Assembly (NCBI RefSeq): GCF_009931435.1
Contig: NZ_CP043414.1
DNA from: Escherichia coli
Lineage (GTDB): Bacteria > Pseudomonadota > Gammaproteobacteria > Enterobacterales > Enterobacteriaceae
Length of the DNA: 64,000 bases
Strand: one strand, 5' to 3'
Part shown: positions 9,540 through 21,023 of the stretch, piece after piece
How the letters are laid out: every line of letters begins with the position of its first letter
How positions within the stretch are numbered: position 1 is the stretch's first letter
Notes under the pieces: model-generated
Database searches by the model: none
Told to the model about the DNA's origin: nothing
What the model saw: the letters and a program-made list of their open reading frames with translations, nothing else
Position numbers and translations under genes: made by a program

Positions 9540-9727
9540 TCACAGCCTTACCCGTAACCGGTTTTTTACATTAAAAAACAACGCTGAAAATTCAACCGTC
9601 AGTCCGGAGACGACCGTTCGGGTTATCACAGAGTGCCTGAGACAGTGTCCTGCCGGAGGTCACTTCAGGGACTCTGCGCATTTTTTACGACGTGGCTATT
9701 CCGTATGAACCATACGGAGATTTAACC

Positions 9728-10297
9728 ATGACCTACAAATACAACCCCTTCTGGCAGCAACGTATTCGTGAGACGGTGCGGCACGCACTGAATGTTCATC
9801 CCCGCCTGACGGCATTGCGGGTTGACCTGCGTCTCCCGGATGTACCGGCAGCAACGGACGCAGCTGTGATATCCCGCTTCATCAATGCCCTGAAAGCCCG
9901 AATCGACGCTTACCAGAAACGTAAGCATCGGGAAGGTAAACGCGTGCATCCCACCACCCTGCATTACGTCTGGGCCCGGGAGTTTGGGGAGTTCAAAGGT
10001 AAAAAACACTATCACCTGATGCTGCTGGTCAACCGGGATACCTGGTGTCGTGCCGGTGATTACCGCGCTCCGGAGTCTCTGGCCGGGATGATTAAACAGG
10101 CGTGGTGCAGTGCCCTGGGAGTGGATGTCGGGTGCCATGCCACGCTGGTGCATTTTCCGGCCTGGCCGGCGGTGTGGCTGGCGCGTAATGATGACACCGG
10201 CTTTCAGCAGGTGCTGGAACGTGCTAACTATCTGGCGAAGGAGCATACCAAAGCTCACTGCACCGGTGAGCGCAACTTTGGCTGCAGTCGTGGCTGA
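9728..10297 (+). CDS. HUH-type rolling-circle Rep-like protein (YagK/YfjJ / inovirus gp2-like family)
   Basis: HUH motif KKHYHLML and YxxK motif (NYLAKE) near the C-terminus; ATG 9728 with GGAG Shine-Dalgarno embedded in an 8 bp palindrome (9700-9718). Confidence 0.65.
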   Translation: MTYKYNPFWQQRIRETVRHALNVHPRLTALRVDLRLPDVPAATDAAVISRFINALKARIDAYQKRKHREGKRVHPTTLHYVWAREFGEFKGKKHYHLMLLVNRDTWCRAGDYRAPESLAGMIKQAWCSALGVDVGCHATLVHFPAWPAVWLARNDDTGFQQVLERANYLAKEHTKAHCTGERNFGCSRG

Positions 10298-10462
10298 GCC
10301 AGACAGACGAGTTATCTGACTTCAGTGTGATGACGTGTTCACGGCCACCACACTGATTTTCCCTTATGAGACTGAACTGAAACCGCCATTCACACCTGAC
10401 CACGCTGCCCGTACCGGGACGGCTGTTGCCTGCGTGTCGTCTGACGGTAAGGAACATATACT

Positions 10463-10855
10463 ATGTACGCAAAATCCTTTCTCGCTCTTGATGGCAACGG
10501 ACGTCTGACGGGCGCCCGTACAGCACAGGCCGCACCTTATGCTCACTACACCTGCCACTTGTGTGGCAGTGCACTCAGATACCATCCGCAATACGACACT
10601 GAACTTCCCTGGTTTGAACACACTGACGACAGGCTGACAGAGCACGGTCAACAGTGCCCTTATGTCAGGCCGGAGCGCAGAGAAATACAGTTGATTAAAC
10701 GTCTGCAGCAATTCGTACCGGATGCCTTACCCGTGGTGCGTAAAGCCAGCTGGCACTGCAGACAATGTCACCACGATTATTATGGGGAGCGGTACTGCAC
10801 ACACTGCCAGACCGGAGGTTTCAGTCTTCCCCGGACAGCTCAGCAACTGTCTTGA
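10463..10855 (+). CDS. Uncharacterised zinc-ribbon protein (paralog 1), CxxC pairs and PWFEH motif
   Basis: 130 aa; CHLC ... PWFEH ... CRQC-x10-CTHC; AAGGAA Shine-Dalgarno upstream; paralogous to 12019..12423. Confidence 0.6.
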   Translation: MYAKSFLALDGNGRLTGARTAQAAPYAHYTCHLCGSALRYHPQYDTELPWFEHTDDRLTEHGQQCPYVRPERREIQLIKRLQQFVPDALPVVRKASWHCRQCHHDYYGERYCTHCQTGGFSLPRTAQQLS

Positions 10856-10864
10856 ACGTAAAAA

Positions 10865-11833
<969 letters not shown>

Positions 11834-12005
11834 GATTACCCATCCTTGCAAATGCGTTATGGCGTACTGACAACTGTTCGGGTTTCAGATGAGTGGCTCA
11901 GTGTATGCGCCATTCGCTGAGCTACGGGCTATGAACCCCTTGAGGGATCGGGCTGCATACACCTTGCCAAATCTAATCACAGTTATTTTAACCAATTGTC
12001 AAGAT
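11834..12005 (-). ncRNA. Candidate IS110-family bridge-RNA region (structured 5' non-coding arm); hypothesis only
   Basis: 8 bp stem (11901-11908 with 11955-11962) enclosing a smaller hairpin; TTGACA hexamer on the minus strand at 12002..11997; analogy to IS621-type elements. Confidence 0.25.
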
Positions 12006-12018
12006 ACAAGGAGGAGAT

Positions 12019-12423
12019 ATGCGAATTCTGAACTGCTATATGGCGAATGACAGCAAAGGCCATTTTGTTACGGCGAAAGAAGCCGCGAAGAACAACCGAC
12101 AGGACGTTTTGTGCTGTGTGTCCTGTGGTTGTCCGTTAACACTTAAGCGGGGCAATGACGGACAACCGCCGTGGTTTGAACATGACCAGATGACTGTTGC
12201 TGCGAAAATCCTGCTGCGATGCACCTGGCTTGACCCGGCAGAGAAAGAGGCCCGTCGTTTGCATCTGCAGGGCATGACGGTTCCGGATTATACGGTGAAG
12301 GTGAGAAAGTGGTTTTGTGTGATGTGTGACGAAGATTATGAGGGGGAAAAGTGCTGCCCGCGTTGTGGTACCGGGGTATACAGCAGGGATAGGGGGGCTG
12401 CAGGAGGGCAACTGGAAGGATAG
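12019..12423 (+). CDS. Uncharacterised zinc-ribbon protein (paralog 2)
   Basis: 134 aa; CCVSCGC ... PPWFEH ... CVMC-x9-CCPRC; strong AGGAGGA Shine-Dalgarno; same architecture as 10463..10855. Confidence 0.6.
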   Translation: MRILNCYMANDSKGHFVTAKEAAKNNRQDVLCCVSCGCPLTLKRGNDGQPPWFEHDQMTVAAKILLRCTWLDPAEKEARRLHLQGMTVPDYTVKVRKWFCVMCDEDYEGEKCCPRCGTGVYSRDRGAAGGQLEG

Positions 12424-12617
12424 GAACTGAGCGGTTCAGTCGCGGAAATCAGTTGCAGAGCTGTAATGATATCTCCGGGAGTGCTGCGTTGGTAGGGGCA
12501 TCCCGGGATAGAGAAATTTTAGCACTTTGCCCTGAATGATTGTAGACGTCCCGAGTACTCGTACCGGCCTGAGTTATTACAGTTAGATATTCGCTTTTTC
12601 TCCCGCATACTTCACAG

Positions 12618-12639
12618 CTGTCAACGACGGATGAAAAGT
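12618..12639. repeat. 22 nt identical to the IS100 right terminal repeat (tgtcaacgacggatgaaaagtg), opposite orientation to the 8564 copy
   Basis: Exact match to the reverse complement of 25507-25528; the following sequence is not IS100 interior. Confidence 0.55.
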
Positions 12640-12713
12640 GGTTCTTCCGCAACTTGGGTGGAAGAAAATGGATGAAACTTTCTGGTGAACAAAGATCTAA
12701 GCTGATTTAAGTT

Positions 12714-13375
12714 ATGGGCAACGCAATGCACTCTCTTAAGACACTTTTAAAGTTACCTTGCGGATGGCGATGCAGTCGACAAATTATTAGCTCTGACGGT
12801 ATAACCCTCCATCTCCACGGAAAACGCAAAACAGCACAATGTCCTGAATGCTTTAAGCGTAGCGACTCTGTTCATAGTTGTCGTCGGCGCCGGATACAGC
12901 ATCTACCCTGCTCAGGGCAGACGCTATGGCTTGTATTTTCCGTCCGCCACTGGTACTGCCGTAACCCGGCTTGTTCACGTAAAATTTTTGCCGAGTCGCT
13001 TGCTCCCTTCGCCAGTTCACACCAGCAGTCTTCACAGGCGTTACAAAATTAACAACGTCAACTGGGATTAATAGCTGGAGGTGAGGCTGGAAAACGGGCT
13101 GCAACGGCAGCGGGTCTCCGTTGCAGTGCTGATACTCTTCTTCGCAGGCTTATCAATACCCCGGAGACGAAACAGTCAGGCGCGCCTCATGTCGGTATTG
13201 ATGAGTGGGCGTGGCATTGGGGCCACCGTTACGGTACGTTAATATTCAATCTTGATACTCACCGCCCCCTGGTCCTGCTTCCCGGCCGTGATCAGCGTAC
13301 GCTGGCGACCTGGTTCAGAAAAGGTCCGGAAATACAGGTTGTATCGCGTGATCGCAGTGGAGTCTATGCGACAGC
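12714..13375 (+). pseudogene. ISL3-family transposase remnant (zf-ISL3 N-terminus, frameshifted, 3' end cut by IS600)
   Basis: N-terminal CPEC...HLPCSGQ...RHWYCRNPACSRKIFAESL pattern; downstream frames encode GIDEWAWHWGHRYGTLIFNL and VSRDRSGVYATAE in shifted frames. Confidence 0.6.
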
Positions 13376-13648
13376 TGAGGTAGCCTGAGTTTAACGGACA
13401 CTCCTTCCTGAAATAGAATGGCATCAGAAGGAGCTAATAATGAGCAGAAAAACCCAACGTTACTCTAAAGAGTTCAAAGCCGAAGCTGTCAGAACGGTTC
13501 TTGAAAATCAACTTTCGATCAGTGAAGGCGCTTCCCGATTATCTCTTCCTGAAGGCACTTTAGGACAATGGGTTACCGCCGCCAGAAAAGGGCTCGGTAC
13601 TCCTGGTTCCCGCACGGTGGCTGAACTGGAATCTGAAATTCTGCAACT
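13376..13648 (+). mobile_element. IS600 5' fragment (left inverted repeat plus first about 69 codons of orfA), truncated by IS30
   Basis: Starts TGAGGTAGCCTGAGTTTAACGG...; orfA MSRKTQRYSKEFKAEAVRTVLENQLSISEGASRL... breaks at the IS30 end. Confidence 0.8.
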
Positions 13649-14869
13649 TGTAGATTCAATCTGTCAATGCAACACCCCTTTCAATTATCTCTTTCGGTGT
13701 TTTGAACTTCAGTGTCTTTCTCGGTCTGTTGTTTAGCTGAGCAGCAACCAGATCTAGTTCATGTTGAGTATATTGGGCAAGACATGTCTTTTTAGGAAAG
13801 TACTGCCGAATTAGCCCATTTGTGTTCTCATTTGTTCCCCGCTGCCAAGGACTCTGAGGATCGCAGAAGTAAACTTTAACGCCGGTGCTGACAGTAAATT
13901 CTAGATGTCTGGCCAGTTCCATTCCTCTGTCCCATGTCAGTGATTTTCTGAGTTCTGACGGTAAACTCAGGAATTTGTCGGTAAGAGCCTGATTTACTGA
14001 GACAGAATCTTTGCCCCTGAGTCTGAGGATGATCGTATAACGTGATTTTCGGTCTACAAGTGTGGCTATATGAGAGTTTTTTGTACCTGAGACTAAATCG
14101 CCCTCCCAATGCCCCAGAGAGCGTCTGTTATCGATATTTCGGGAACGTTCGTGAATTGGTGTTCCGTTCACTATGTTAATCGTACCTCTTTCGCCTTTGC
14201 GGGTATGACGCCTGCCATGGCGAAGGCTATGCGACCGTCGCAGATGCTGTATATTCAGGTGGTGTAGCGCTTCACGGCTACGAAAGTACAGCGTTTTATA
14301 AATTGTCTCAGGTGATATTCGCAGCGTTTTTTGACGTGGTTTTGTTCGCCTTAACCATCCTGATATTTGCTCTGGAGACCATTTCATCTCCAGCTTTTCC
14401 AGAACAAGCTTTCGCAATGGCAAATTTTGATCCAGTAAGCACGGTTTTGGCCTTTTCGCCATTCTGTTGGCTCGGTTATTAGCATCAACAGCTTTGTAAT
14501 AGCGTCTGCCCCGATTACGCTGAACTTCACGTGAGATCGTCGAAGGACTGCGATTCAGCGCAGTAGCTATCGCACGAATGCTCATTTTGGCTGACAAACC
14601 AGCTCGTATCTCCTCGCGCTCAGACAGTGTCAGGTGAGCTACAGCCCGCTTACGCTCATGGGGTTTTATGCCGCCAGTATCCCTTAACATAGTGAAGATC
14701 GTTCCGGGTTTTGAACCCAGGATATTCGCTATTTCACTGAAGCCTGTTCCGTTCTTCCATAGTTCAAAAACAGAGGCTTTTTCCTCTGCTGTAAATGTTC
14801 GTCTCATTCAAAAAACCTCCGCAACCCCATGTTTTCACATAACTGTTGCGTTGACCAATTGAATCTACA
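13649..14869 (-). mobile_element. IS30, complete (1221 bp) with terminal inverted repeats
   Basis: Ends tgtagattcaatctgtcaatgcaaca (13649-) and ctgttgcgttgaccaattgaatctaca (-14869); length equals canonical IS30. Confidence 0.9.
13656..14807 (-). CDS. insI: IS30 transposase (383 aa)
   Basis: MRRTFTAEEKASVFELWKNGTGFSEIANILGSKPGTIFTML... recalled IS30 transposase. Confidence 0.9.
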   Translation of the reverse strand: MRRTFTAEEKASVFELWKNGTGFSEIANILGSKPGTIFTMLRDTGGIKPHERKRAVAHLTLSEREEIRAGLSAKMSIRAIATALNRSPSTISREVQRNRGRRYYKAVDANNRANRMAKRPKPCLLDQNLPLRKLVLEKLEMKWSPEQISGWLRRTKPRQKTLRISPETIYKTLYFRSREALHHLNIQHLRRSHSLRHGRRHTRKGERGTINIVNGTPIHERSRNIDNRRSLGHWEGDLVSGTKNSHIATLVDRKSRYTIILRLRGKDSVSVNQALTDKFLSLPSELRKSLTWDRGMELARHLEFTVSTGVKVYFCDPQSPWQRGTNENTNGLIRQYFPKKTCLAQYTQHELDLVAAQLNNRPRKTLKFKTPKEIIERGVALTD

Positions 14870-15183
14870 GCGGCTTTTTTTAATATGTCCCGTTCGTCGG
14901 TAACCCGTTTCAGCTCTTTCTGGAGACGGCGGATCTCGGCCGGAGCATCTGACTGTTCTTTATTAGTGGAAGAATCCGGACCGTACTTCTTTATCCAGGC
15001 ATAAAGGCTGTGGGTGGTGATATCGAGACGTGTTGCAACGCTGGCAACAGAATAACCGCGATCAACAACCTGTTTGACTGCTTCAGTTTTAAACTCTTCG
15101 GGATAACGCTTACCGCTCATGGGCACTTCTCTTTAAGCCATCTTAAATGACTCTGAGGTGTCTGTTAAACCCGTGGCGATTCA
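14870..15183 (-). mobile_element. IS3-family element 5' fragment (terminal repeat plus orfA N-terminal 85 codons), truncated by IS30; specific IS not assigned
   Basis: orfA MSGKRYPEEFKTEAVKQVVDRGYSVASVATRL...ERDILKKAA ends at the IS30 junction; terminus (reverse complement) tgaatcgccacggg resembles IS3-group ends. Confidence 0.7.
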
Positions 15184-16172
15184 GTACAAAACACAACAAT
15201 AGCTTCATGATATATAAATACGTGATGACGAGTGGTACTCCGCATGGTTATTTAACTTCTCAGCACCACTAATGATCCTGAGCAACTTCGTATTTGGGCC
15301 ATTGCCATGGAGTAGAAAGCTGTGTCTGAGAATGCAGAATTTGAGAAAAGAATTAGCTTTCTTGGAGAGCTTCTGAAAATGGCACGCTAACAACGTTTTG
15401 TTAAAAAATGTGAATCACTTGCCGGGGCTGCATTTTCTATTCGAGGAGAATGTTGACGTAGATATTACAGAAATCTCAGCGCATCAGGATAAACTGCTAC
15501 CTTAGGTCAACCACCAAAAGAAAATACAATACGTCCAGTTTGTATGCCTTTAATAACACATCTTCTAAATGTTGAAGAATTATCCCGCCTGCTGAAGAAC
15601 GTTGCTCTGAGTGTGATAAACCTTTTTATTCTTGATGATGTCAGCGAGAAGATGGAATATATCCCCGACTGGGTCGTGGTTACCCGGTTAAACATCTGGT
15701 GGCGCTAATAAATCTGGCAGGTCACATTCTGTTGAATGCTGTGACAGTGCCTTACCGAGAGAGCGAAATTGTGGTGTTCTAGTGCATAGTCGCCACCATT
15801 CCGGATAATTCTATTGCGTTGTTTTACAAGTTCTTTTACAGCGCAGATCTGTCGCTGACGTTGAATCAATAGCCTGGATTTCAGAACACAATGCCTGTTT
15901 GCTGGTTGGTCCGGCAGTAGCATTAATTCATTATCTGAATGAAATGTGTCAATCCACAGAAACCGCTGTCAATGACGCATTTTGTCGGACGTTAACACGA
16001 GAAAGTTTGGCTATTCCGTAATGCCATCTTATTTCGTAATGGATTGAGAATGCTGGATTTTTAATTATATTACGCGCAGTATTAATCGCGTAAATGTTTT
16101 GCGGTCAGCAACGGTGGGGGATCCATTGTTCTGTTCAATGAATACCATCATACATTTGAATCAGGAGTCGGT

Positions 16173-16718
16173 ATGATGATTTTGGTGACGGGGGGCGCAC
16201 GGAGCGGGAAGAGTCGCCACGCAGAGGTGCTTATTGGGGACTCTTCACAGGTTCTGTATATCGCTACCTCGCAAATCCTTGATGATGAGATGGCTGCACG
16301 GATAGAACATCATCGGCAAGGCCGCCCGGAGCACTGGCGCACAGTGGAGCGCTGGCAACATCTTGATGAATTAATTCATGCAGACATTAACCCGAATGAG
16401 GTTGTGTTGCTGGAATGCGTTACCACAATGGTGACTAATCTGTTGTTTGATTATGGCGGCGATAAAGACCCTGATGAATGGGATTATCAGGCGATGGAAC
16501 AGGCGATTAATGCTGAGATTCAGTCGTTGATTGCTGCCTGCCAACGTTGCCCCGCAAAGGTTGTATTAGTGACTAACGAAGTGGGAATGGGGATTGTGCC
16601 GGAGAGTCGTCTGGCACGACATTTTCGTGATATTGCCGGGCGGGTAAATCAGCAGTTGGCCGCTGCGGCAAATGAAGTATGGCTGGTGGTTTCTGGTATT
16701 GGAGTAAAAATCAAATGA
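16173..16718 (+). CDS. cobU: Adenosylcobinamide kinase / adenosylcobinamide-phosphate guanylyltransferase
   Basis: 181 aa, [18 protein letters not shown]... P-loop. Confidence 0.95.
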   Translation: MMILVTGGARSGKSRHAEVLIGDSSQVLYIATSQILDDEMAARIEHHRQGRPEHWRTVERWQHLDELIHADINPNEVVLLECVTTMVTNLLFDYGGDKDPDEWDYQAMEQAINAEIQSLIAACQRCPAKVVLVTNEVGMGIVPESRLARHFRDIAGRVNQQLAAAANEVWLVVSGIGVKIK

Positions 16719-17458
16719 GTAAATTATTTTGGGCGATGCTCTCATTTATTACGCGTCTGCCTGTACCGCGTCGCTGGTCCCAGGGACTGGATTTCGAGCA
16801 TTATTCTCGCGGTATTATTACTTTTCCTTTGATTGGATTATTGCTTGGCGCGATTAGCGGGCTGGTCTTCATGGTGCTGCAGGCATGGTGTGGCGCACCA
16901 CTGGCGGCACTGTTTAGCGTACTTGTGCTGGTGCTGATGACCGGGGGATTCCATCTGGACGGCCTCGCTGATACCTGTGATGGCGTATTTTCTGCACGTA
17001 GCCGCGATCGCATGTTGGAAATCATGCGTGATAGCCGTTTAGGCACCCACGGCGGTCTGGCATTGATTTTTGTGGTACTGGCAAAGATTCTGGTGTTAAG
17101 CGAGTTGGCTCTGCGTGGCGAATCGATCCTTGCATCGCTGGCGGCAGCATGTGCGGTCAGCCGCGGGACTGCCGCATTATTGATGTATCGTCATCGTTAT
17201 GCGCGGGAAGAAGGGCTTGGCAATGTGTTCATTGGCAAAATTGATGGGCGACAAACCTGCGTCACACTCGGCTTAGCCGCTATTTTTGCTGCCGTATTAT
17301 TGCCGGGTATGCATGGTGTGGCTGCTATGGTGGTGACGATGGTGGCGATTTTCATCCTCGGTCAGCTTCTCAAACGTACGCTGGGCGGGCAAACGGGCGA
17401 TACGCTGGGAGCAGCCATAGAGCTTGGTGAACTGGTCTTCCTGCTGGCACTGCTATAA
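16715..17458 (+). CDS. cobS: Cobalamin (5'-phosphate) synthase
   Basis: 247 aa from [18 protein letters not shown]..., ATGA overlap with cobU stop. Confidence 0.95.
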   Translation: MSKLFWAMLSFITRLPVPRRWSQGLDFEHYSRGIITFPLIGLLLGAISGLVFMVLQAWCGAPLAALFSVLVLVLMTGGFHLDGLADTCDGVFSARSRDRMLEIMRDSRLGTHGGLALIFVVLAKILVLSELALRGESILASLAAACAVSRGTAALLMYRHRYAREEGLGNVFIGKIDGRQTCVTLGLAAIFAAVLLPGMHGVAAMVVTMVAIFILGQLLKRTLGGQTGDTLGAAIELGELVFLLALL

Positions 17459-17469
17459 AGAGACGTGAC

Positions 17470-18549
17470 ATGCAAATACTTGCCGATTTACTGAATACGA
17501 TCCCAGCCATCGATTCTGCCGCTATGTCGCGTGCACAACGGCATATTGACGGGTTACTCAAACCTGTTGGTAGCCTGGGAAAGCTGGAGGCGCTTGCCAT
17601 ACAACTGGCAGGAATGCCGGGGTTGAATGGCATACCGCATGTGGGCAAAAAAGCGGTACTGGTTATGTGTGCCGATCACGGCGTCTGGGAGGAAGGGGTC
17701 GCTATTTCTCCAAAAGAAGTGACAGCCATACAGGCTGAAAATATGACCCGTGGAACAACCGGCGTGTGTGTGCTGGCAGAACAAGCGGGCGCTAACGTCC
17801 ACGTAATTGATGTTGGTATTGATACTGCTGAGCCTATCCCCGGGCTTATCAACATGCGTGTCGCACGAGGTAGCGGCAATATTGCTTCAGCTCCGGCAAT
17901 GAGTCGCCGTCAGGCTGAAAAGTTGCTTTTGGACGTCATATGTTATACGCAGGAGCTGGCAAAAAACGGTGTCACGCTGTTTGGTGTAGGTGAACTGGGG
18001 ATGGCAAACACGACACCGGCAGCAGCAATAGTCAGCACAATCACTGGCCGGGATCCTGAAGAAGTGGTTGGGATTGGCGCAAACCTGCCGACAGATAAAC
18101 TGGCTAATAAAATTGATGTTGTGCGTCGGGCGATTACGTTGAATCAACCAAATCCTCAGGATGGTATTGATGTCCTGGCAAAAGTGGGTGGATTTGATTT
18201 GGTCGGAATAGCTGGAGTGATGTTAGGTGCTGCTTCCTGCGGTTTACCCGTGTTGCTGGATGGATTTCTTTCTTATGCTGCTGCGCTCGCAGCCTGCCAG
18301 ATGTCTCCTGCAATCAAACCGTATCTCATTCCTTCTCACTTGTCGGCAGAAAAAGGCGCGCGTATAGCGCTCTCGCATTTGGGGCTGGAGCCTTATCTCA
18401 ATATGGATATGCGTTTAGGTGAGGGGAGTGGTGCAGCTCTGGCGATGCCCATCATCGAAGCTGCTTGTGCGATATACAACAACATGGGCGAACTTGCTGC
18501 CAGTAATATTGTTCTACCGGGGAATACGACTTCTGATTTGAACTGCTAA
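17470..18549 (+). CDS. cobT: Nicotinate-nucleotide--dimethylbenzimidazole phosphoribosyltransferase
   Basis: 359 aa. Confidence 0.95.
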   Translation: MQILADLLNTIPAIDSAAMSRAQRHIDGLLKPVGSLGKLEALAIQLAGMPGLNGIPHVGKKAVLVMCADHGVWEEGVAISPKEVTAIQAENMTRGTTGVCVLAEQAGANVHVIDVGIDTAEPIPGLINMRVARGSGNIASAPAMSRRQAEKLLLDVICYTQELAKNGVTLFGVGELGMANTTPAAAIVSTITGRDPEEVVGIGANLPTDKLANKIDVVRRAITLNQPNPQDGIDVLAKVGGFDLVGIAGVMLGAASCGLPVLLDGFLSYAAALAACQMSPAIKPYLIPSHLSAEKGARIALSHLGLEPYLNMDMRLGEGSGAALAMPIIEAACAIYNNMGELAASNIVLPGNTTSDLNC

Positions 18550-18613
18550 AAACGAAAAGTCTGATAAAAGCTATACTTATCGGATAGTATTCGCGACTTA
18601 GGAAAGGGACATG

Positions 18614-19546
18614 ATGCGTCGTGTAAATATTCTTTGCTCATTTGCTCTGCTTTTTGCCAGCCAAAATAGCCTGGCGGTAACTTATCCATTACCTCCAGAG
18701 GGTAGCCGTTTAGTGGGGCAGTCGCTTACTGTAACTGTTCCTGATCACAATACTCAGCCGCTGGAGACTTTTGCCGCACAATACGGGCAAGGGTTAAGTA
18801 ATATGCTGGAAGCGAATCCGGGCGCTGATGTTTTTTTGCCGAAGCCTGGCTCACAACTCACCATTCCGCAGCAACTGATTTTGCCCGCCACTGTTCGTAA
18901 AGGGATTGTGGTTAACGTCGCTGAAATGCGTCTTTATTACTATCCGCCAGACAGTAACACAGTGGAAGTCTTTCCTATTGGTATCGGCCAGGCTGGGCGA
19001 GAAACCCCGCGTAACTGGGTGACTACCGTTGAACGTAAACAAGAAGCACCAACCTGGACGCCAACGCCGAACACCCGGCGCGAATATGCGAAACGAGGGG
19101 AGAGTTTGCCCGCATTTGTTCCTGCGGGGCCCGATAACCCCATGGGGCTGTACGCGATTTATATTGGCAGGTTGTATGCCATCCACGGTACCAATGCCAA
19201 TTTTGGTATTGGGCTCCGGGTAAGTCAGGGCTGTATTCGTCTGCGCAATGACGATATCAAATATCTGTTTGATAATGTTCCTGTAGGCACTCGTGTACAA
19301 ATTATTGATCAGCCAGTGAAATACACAACGGAACCGGATGGTTCAAAGTGGCTGGAAGTTCATGAGCCGCTGTCGCGCAATCGTGCAGAATATGAGTCTG
19401 ACCGAAAAGTGCCATTGCCGGTAACCCCATCTTTGCGGGCGTTTATCAACGGGCAAGAAGTTGATGTAAATCGCGCAAATGCTGCGTTGCAACGTCGATC
19501 GGGAATGCCTGTGCAAATTAGTTCTGGTTCAAGACAGATGTTTTAA
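18614..19546 (+). CDS. ldtA: L,D-transpeptidase LdtA (ErfK)
   Basis: [16 protein letters not shown]... signal peptide, YkuD domain with SQGCIRL active-site motif. Confidence 0.9.
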   Translation: MRRVNILCSFALLFASQNSLAVTYPLPPEGSRLVGQSLTVTVPDHNTQPLETFAAQYGQGLSNMLEANPGADVFLPKPGSQLTIPQQLILPATVRKGIVVNVAEMRLYYYPPDSNTVEVFPIGIGQAGRETPRNWVTTVERKQEAPTWTPTPNTRREYAKRGESLPAFVPAGPDNPMGLYAIYIGRLYAIHGTNANFGIGLRVSQGCIRLRNDDIKYLFDNVPVGTRVQIIDQPVKYTTEPDGSKWLEVHEPLSRNRAEYESDRKVPLPVTPSLRAFINGQEVDVNRANAALQRRSGMPVQISSGSRQMF

Positions 19547-19569
19547 GAGCGTTGGTAATTAGAAAGTAA

Positions 19570-19598
19570 AAAGCCTGCTCGAAAGCAGGCTTTTTTTG
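19570..19598 (+). terminator. Rho-independent terminator after ldtA
   Basis: gcctgct-cgaaa-agcaggc hairpin followed by T7 run. Confidence 0.8.
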
Positions 19599-19602
19599 AA
19601 TT

Positions 19603-19678
19603 TGGCTCCTCTGACTGGACTCGAACCAGTGACATACGGATTAACAGTCCGCCGTTCTACCGACTGAACTACAGAGGA
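19603..19678 (-). tRNA. asnV: tRNA-Asn (GUU)
   Basis: Exact 76 nt tRNA-Asn sequence, reverse complement. Confidence 0.95.
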
Positions 19679-20004
19679 ATCGTGTGAACGGGGCGCATAT
19701 TAATGGCAGTGCATGGTGATGTCAAAGGGTGAAATGTATTTTTTTGTTTGTTTGCTGCCAATTTCAACAAAGTGGTGAGCTTTCAATCTTATTGTGTAAT
19801 GAACCATCGTGGTGCATACCCTCCTTTTATAGGGCAGGTGAATGCGACTGCTGATAAAAAGGGCCAATGACGAATCTATCATAATCTTTTATTTGACAGT
19901 TGGTTAGCTTGCGCATCAACGCCAAAATAGAACTGGCAAGCATCTTGCTTTCTGGTTGTAAGTAATGGCGGCACTTGGGCCGATTCTTAAAAACCGGAGG
20001 CAAC

Positions 20005-20922
20005 ATGAACTTCAGACGCCTGAAATACTTCGTAAAAATTGTAGATATTGGTAGCCTGACCCAGGCTGCTGAAGTATTGCATATCGCACAACCAGCGCTC
20101 AGCCAGCAGGTTGCCACACTGGAAGGTGAGTTAAATCAACAGCTTTTGATTCGCACAAAACGGGGCGTTACGCCAACAGACGCCGGAAAAATTCTCTATA
20201 CCCATGCACGGGCCATTTTACGTCAGTGTGAGCAGGCCCAACTGGCGGTGCATAACGTTGGTCAGTCATTATCGGGGCAAGTCTCGATTGGCTTTGCGCC
20301 AGGAACCGCTGCGTCATCCATCACCATGCCCTTATTACAGGCGGTTCGCGCTGAATTCCCGGAGGTCGTTATCTATCTTCATGAAAATAGTGGTGCAGTG
20401 CTTAACGAAAAACTGATAAATCACCAACTCGATATGGCGGTGATTTATGAGCATTCCCCTGTGGCTGGTGTATCCAGTCAGGCTTTACTGAAAGAAGATC
20501 TTTTCCTGGTAGGGACTCAAGATTGTCCGGGGCAAAGCGTTGATGTTAATGCTATTGCACAAATGAACCTCTTTCTTCCCAGTGATTACAGTGCTGTTAG
20601 ACTTCGTGTTGATGAGGCTTTTTCCCTACGGCGACTCACGGCAAAAGTCATTGGTGAAATTGAGTCAATTGCCACGCTTACCGCAGCGATTGCCAGCGGC
20701 ATGGGCGTTGCAGTATTACCCGAATCGGCCGCGCGTTCGTTATGTGGCGCAGTAAACGGGTGGATGTCACGCATTACCACACCTTCCATGAGTCTCTCTT
20801 TGTCATTAAATTTACCCGCCAGAGCGAACTTATCACCACAGGCACAGGCAGTGAAAGAGTTGTTAATGTCAGTGATGAGTTCTCCAGTGATGGAAAAAAG
20901 GCAGTGGCAATTGGTGAGCTAA
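20005..20922 (+). CDS. nac: Nitrogen assimilation control protein Nac (LysR family)
   Basis: 305 aa from MNFRRLKYFVKIVDIGSLTQAAE... Confidence 0.95.
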   Translation: MNFRRLKYFVKIVDIGSLTQAAEVLHIAQPALSQQVATLEGELNQQLLIRTKRGVTPTDAGKILYTHARAILRQCEQAQLAVHNVGQSLSGQVSIGFAPGTAASSITMPLLQAVRAEFPEVVIYLHENSGAVLNEKLINHQLDMAVIYEHSPVAGVSSQALLKEDLFLVGTQDCPGQSVDVNAIAQMNLFLPSDYSAVRLRVDEAFSLRRLTAKVIGEIESIATLTAAIASGMGVAVLPESAARSLCGAVNGWMSRITTPSMSLSLSLNLPARANLSPQAQAVKELLMSVMSSPVMEKRQWQLVS

Positions 20923-21023
20923 GCGTTATATCGGGATGGAATAAGATGCGGGTTTTTATTATTTGTTATGCCGGGCATTAGACTTTAACAATGACGGAAA
21001 ATCTGAACTGCCCGGAGTTTACC

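Noticed and set aside
8100-9690. Integrase gene expected next to alpA
   Set aside because: No ORF of integrase size and no tyrosine-recombinase motifs (R..H..R..Y) were found in any frame; the element appears to have lost it.
15700-16172. Possible cobalamin riboswitch upstream of cobU
   Set aside because: No recognisable B12-box or riboswitch-like structure seen by eye; in E. coli cobUST is not known to me to carry one. Not claimed.
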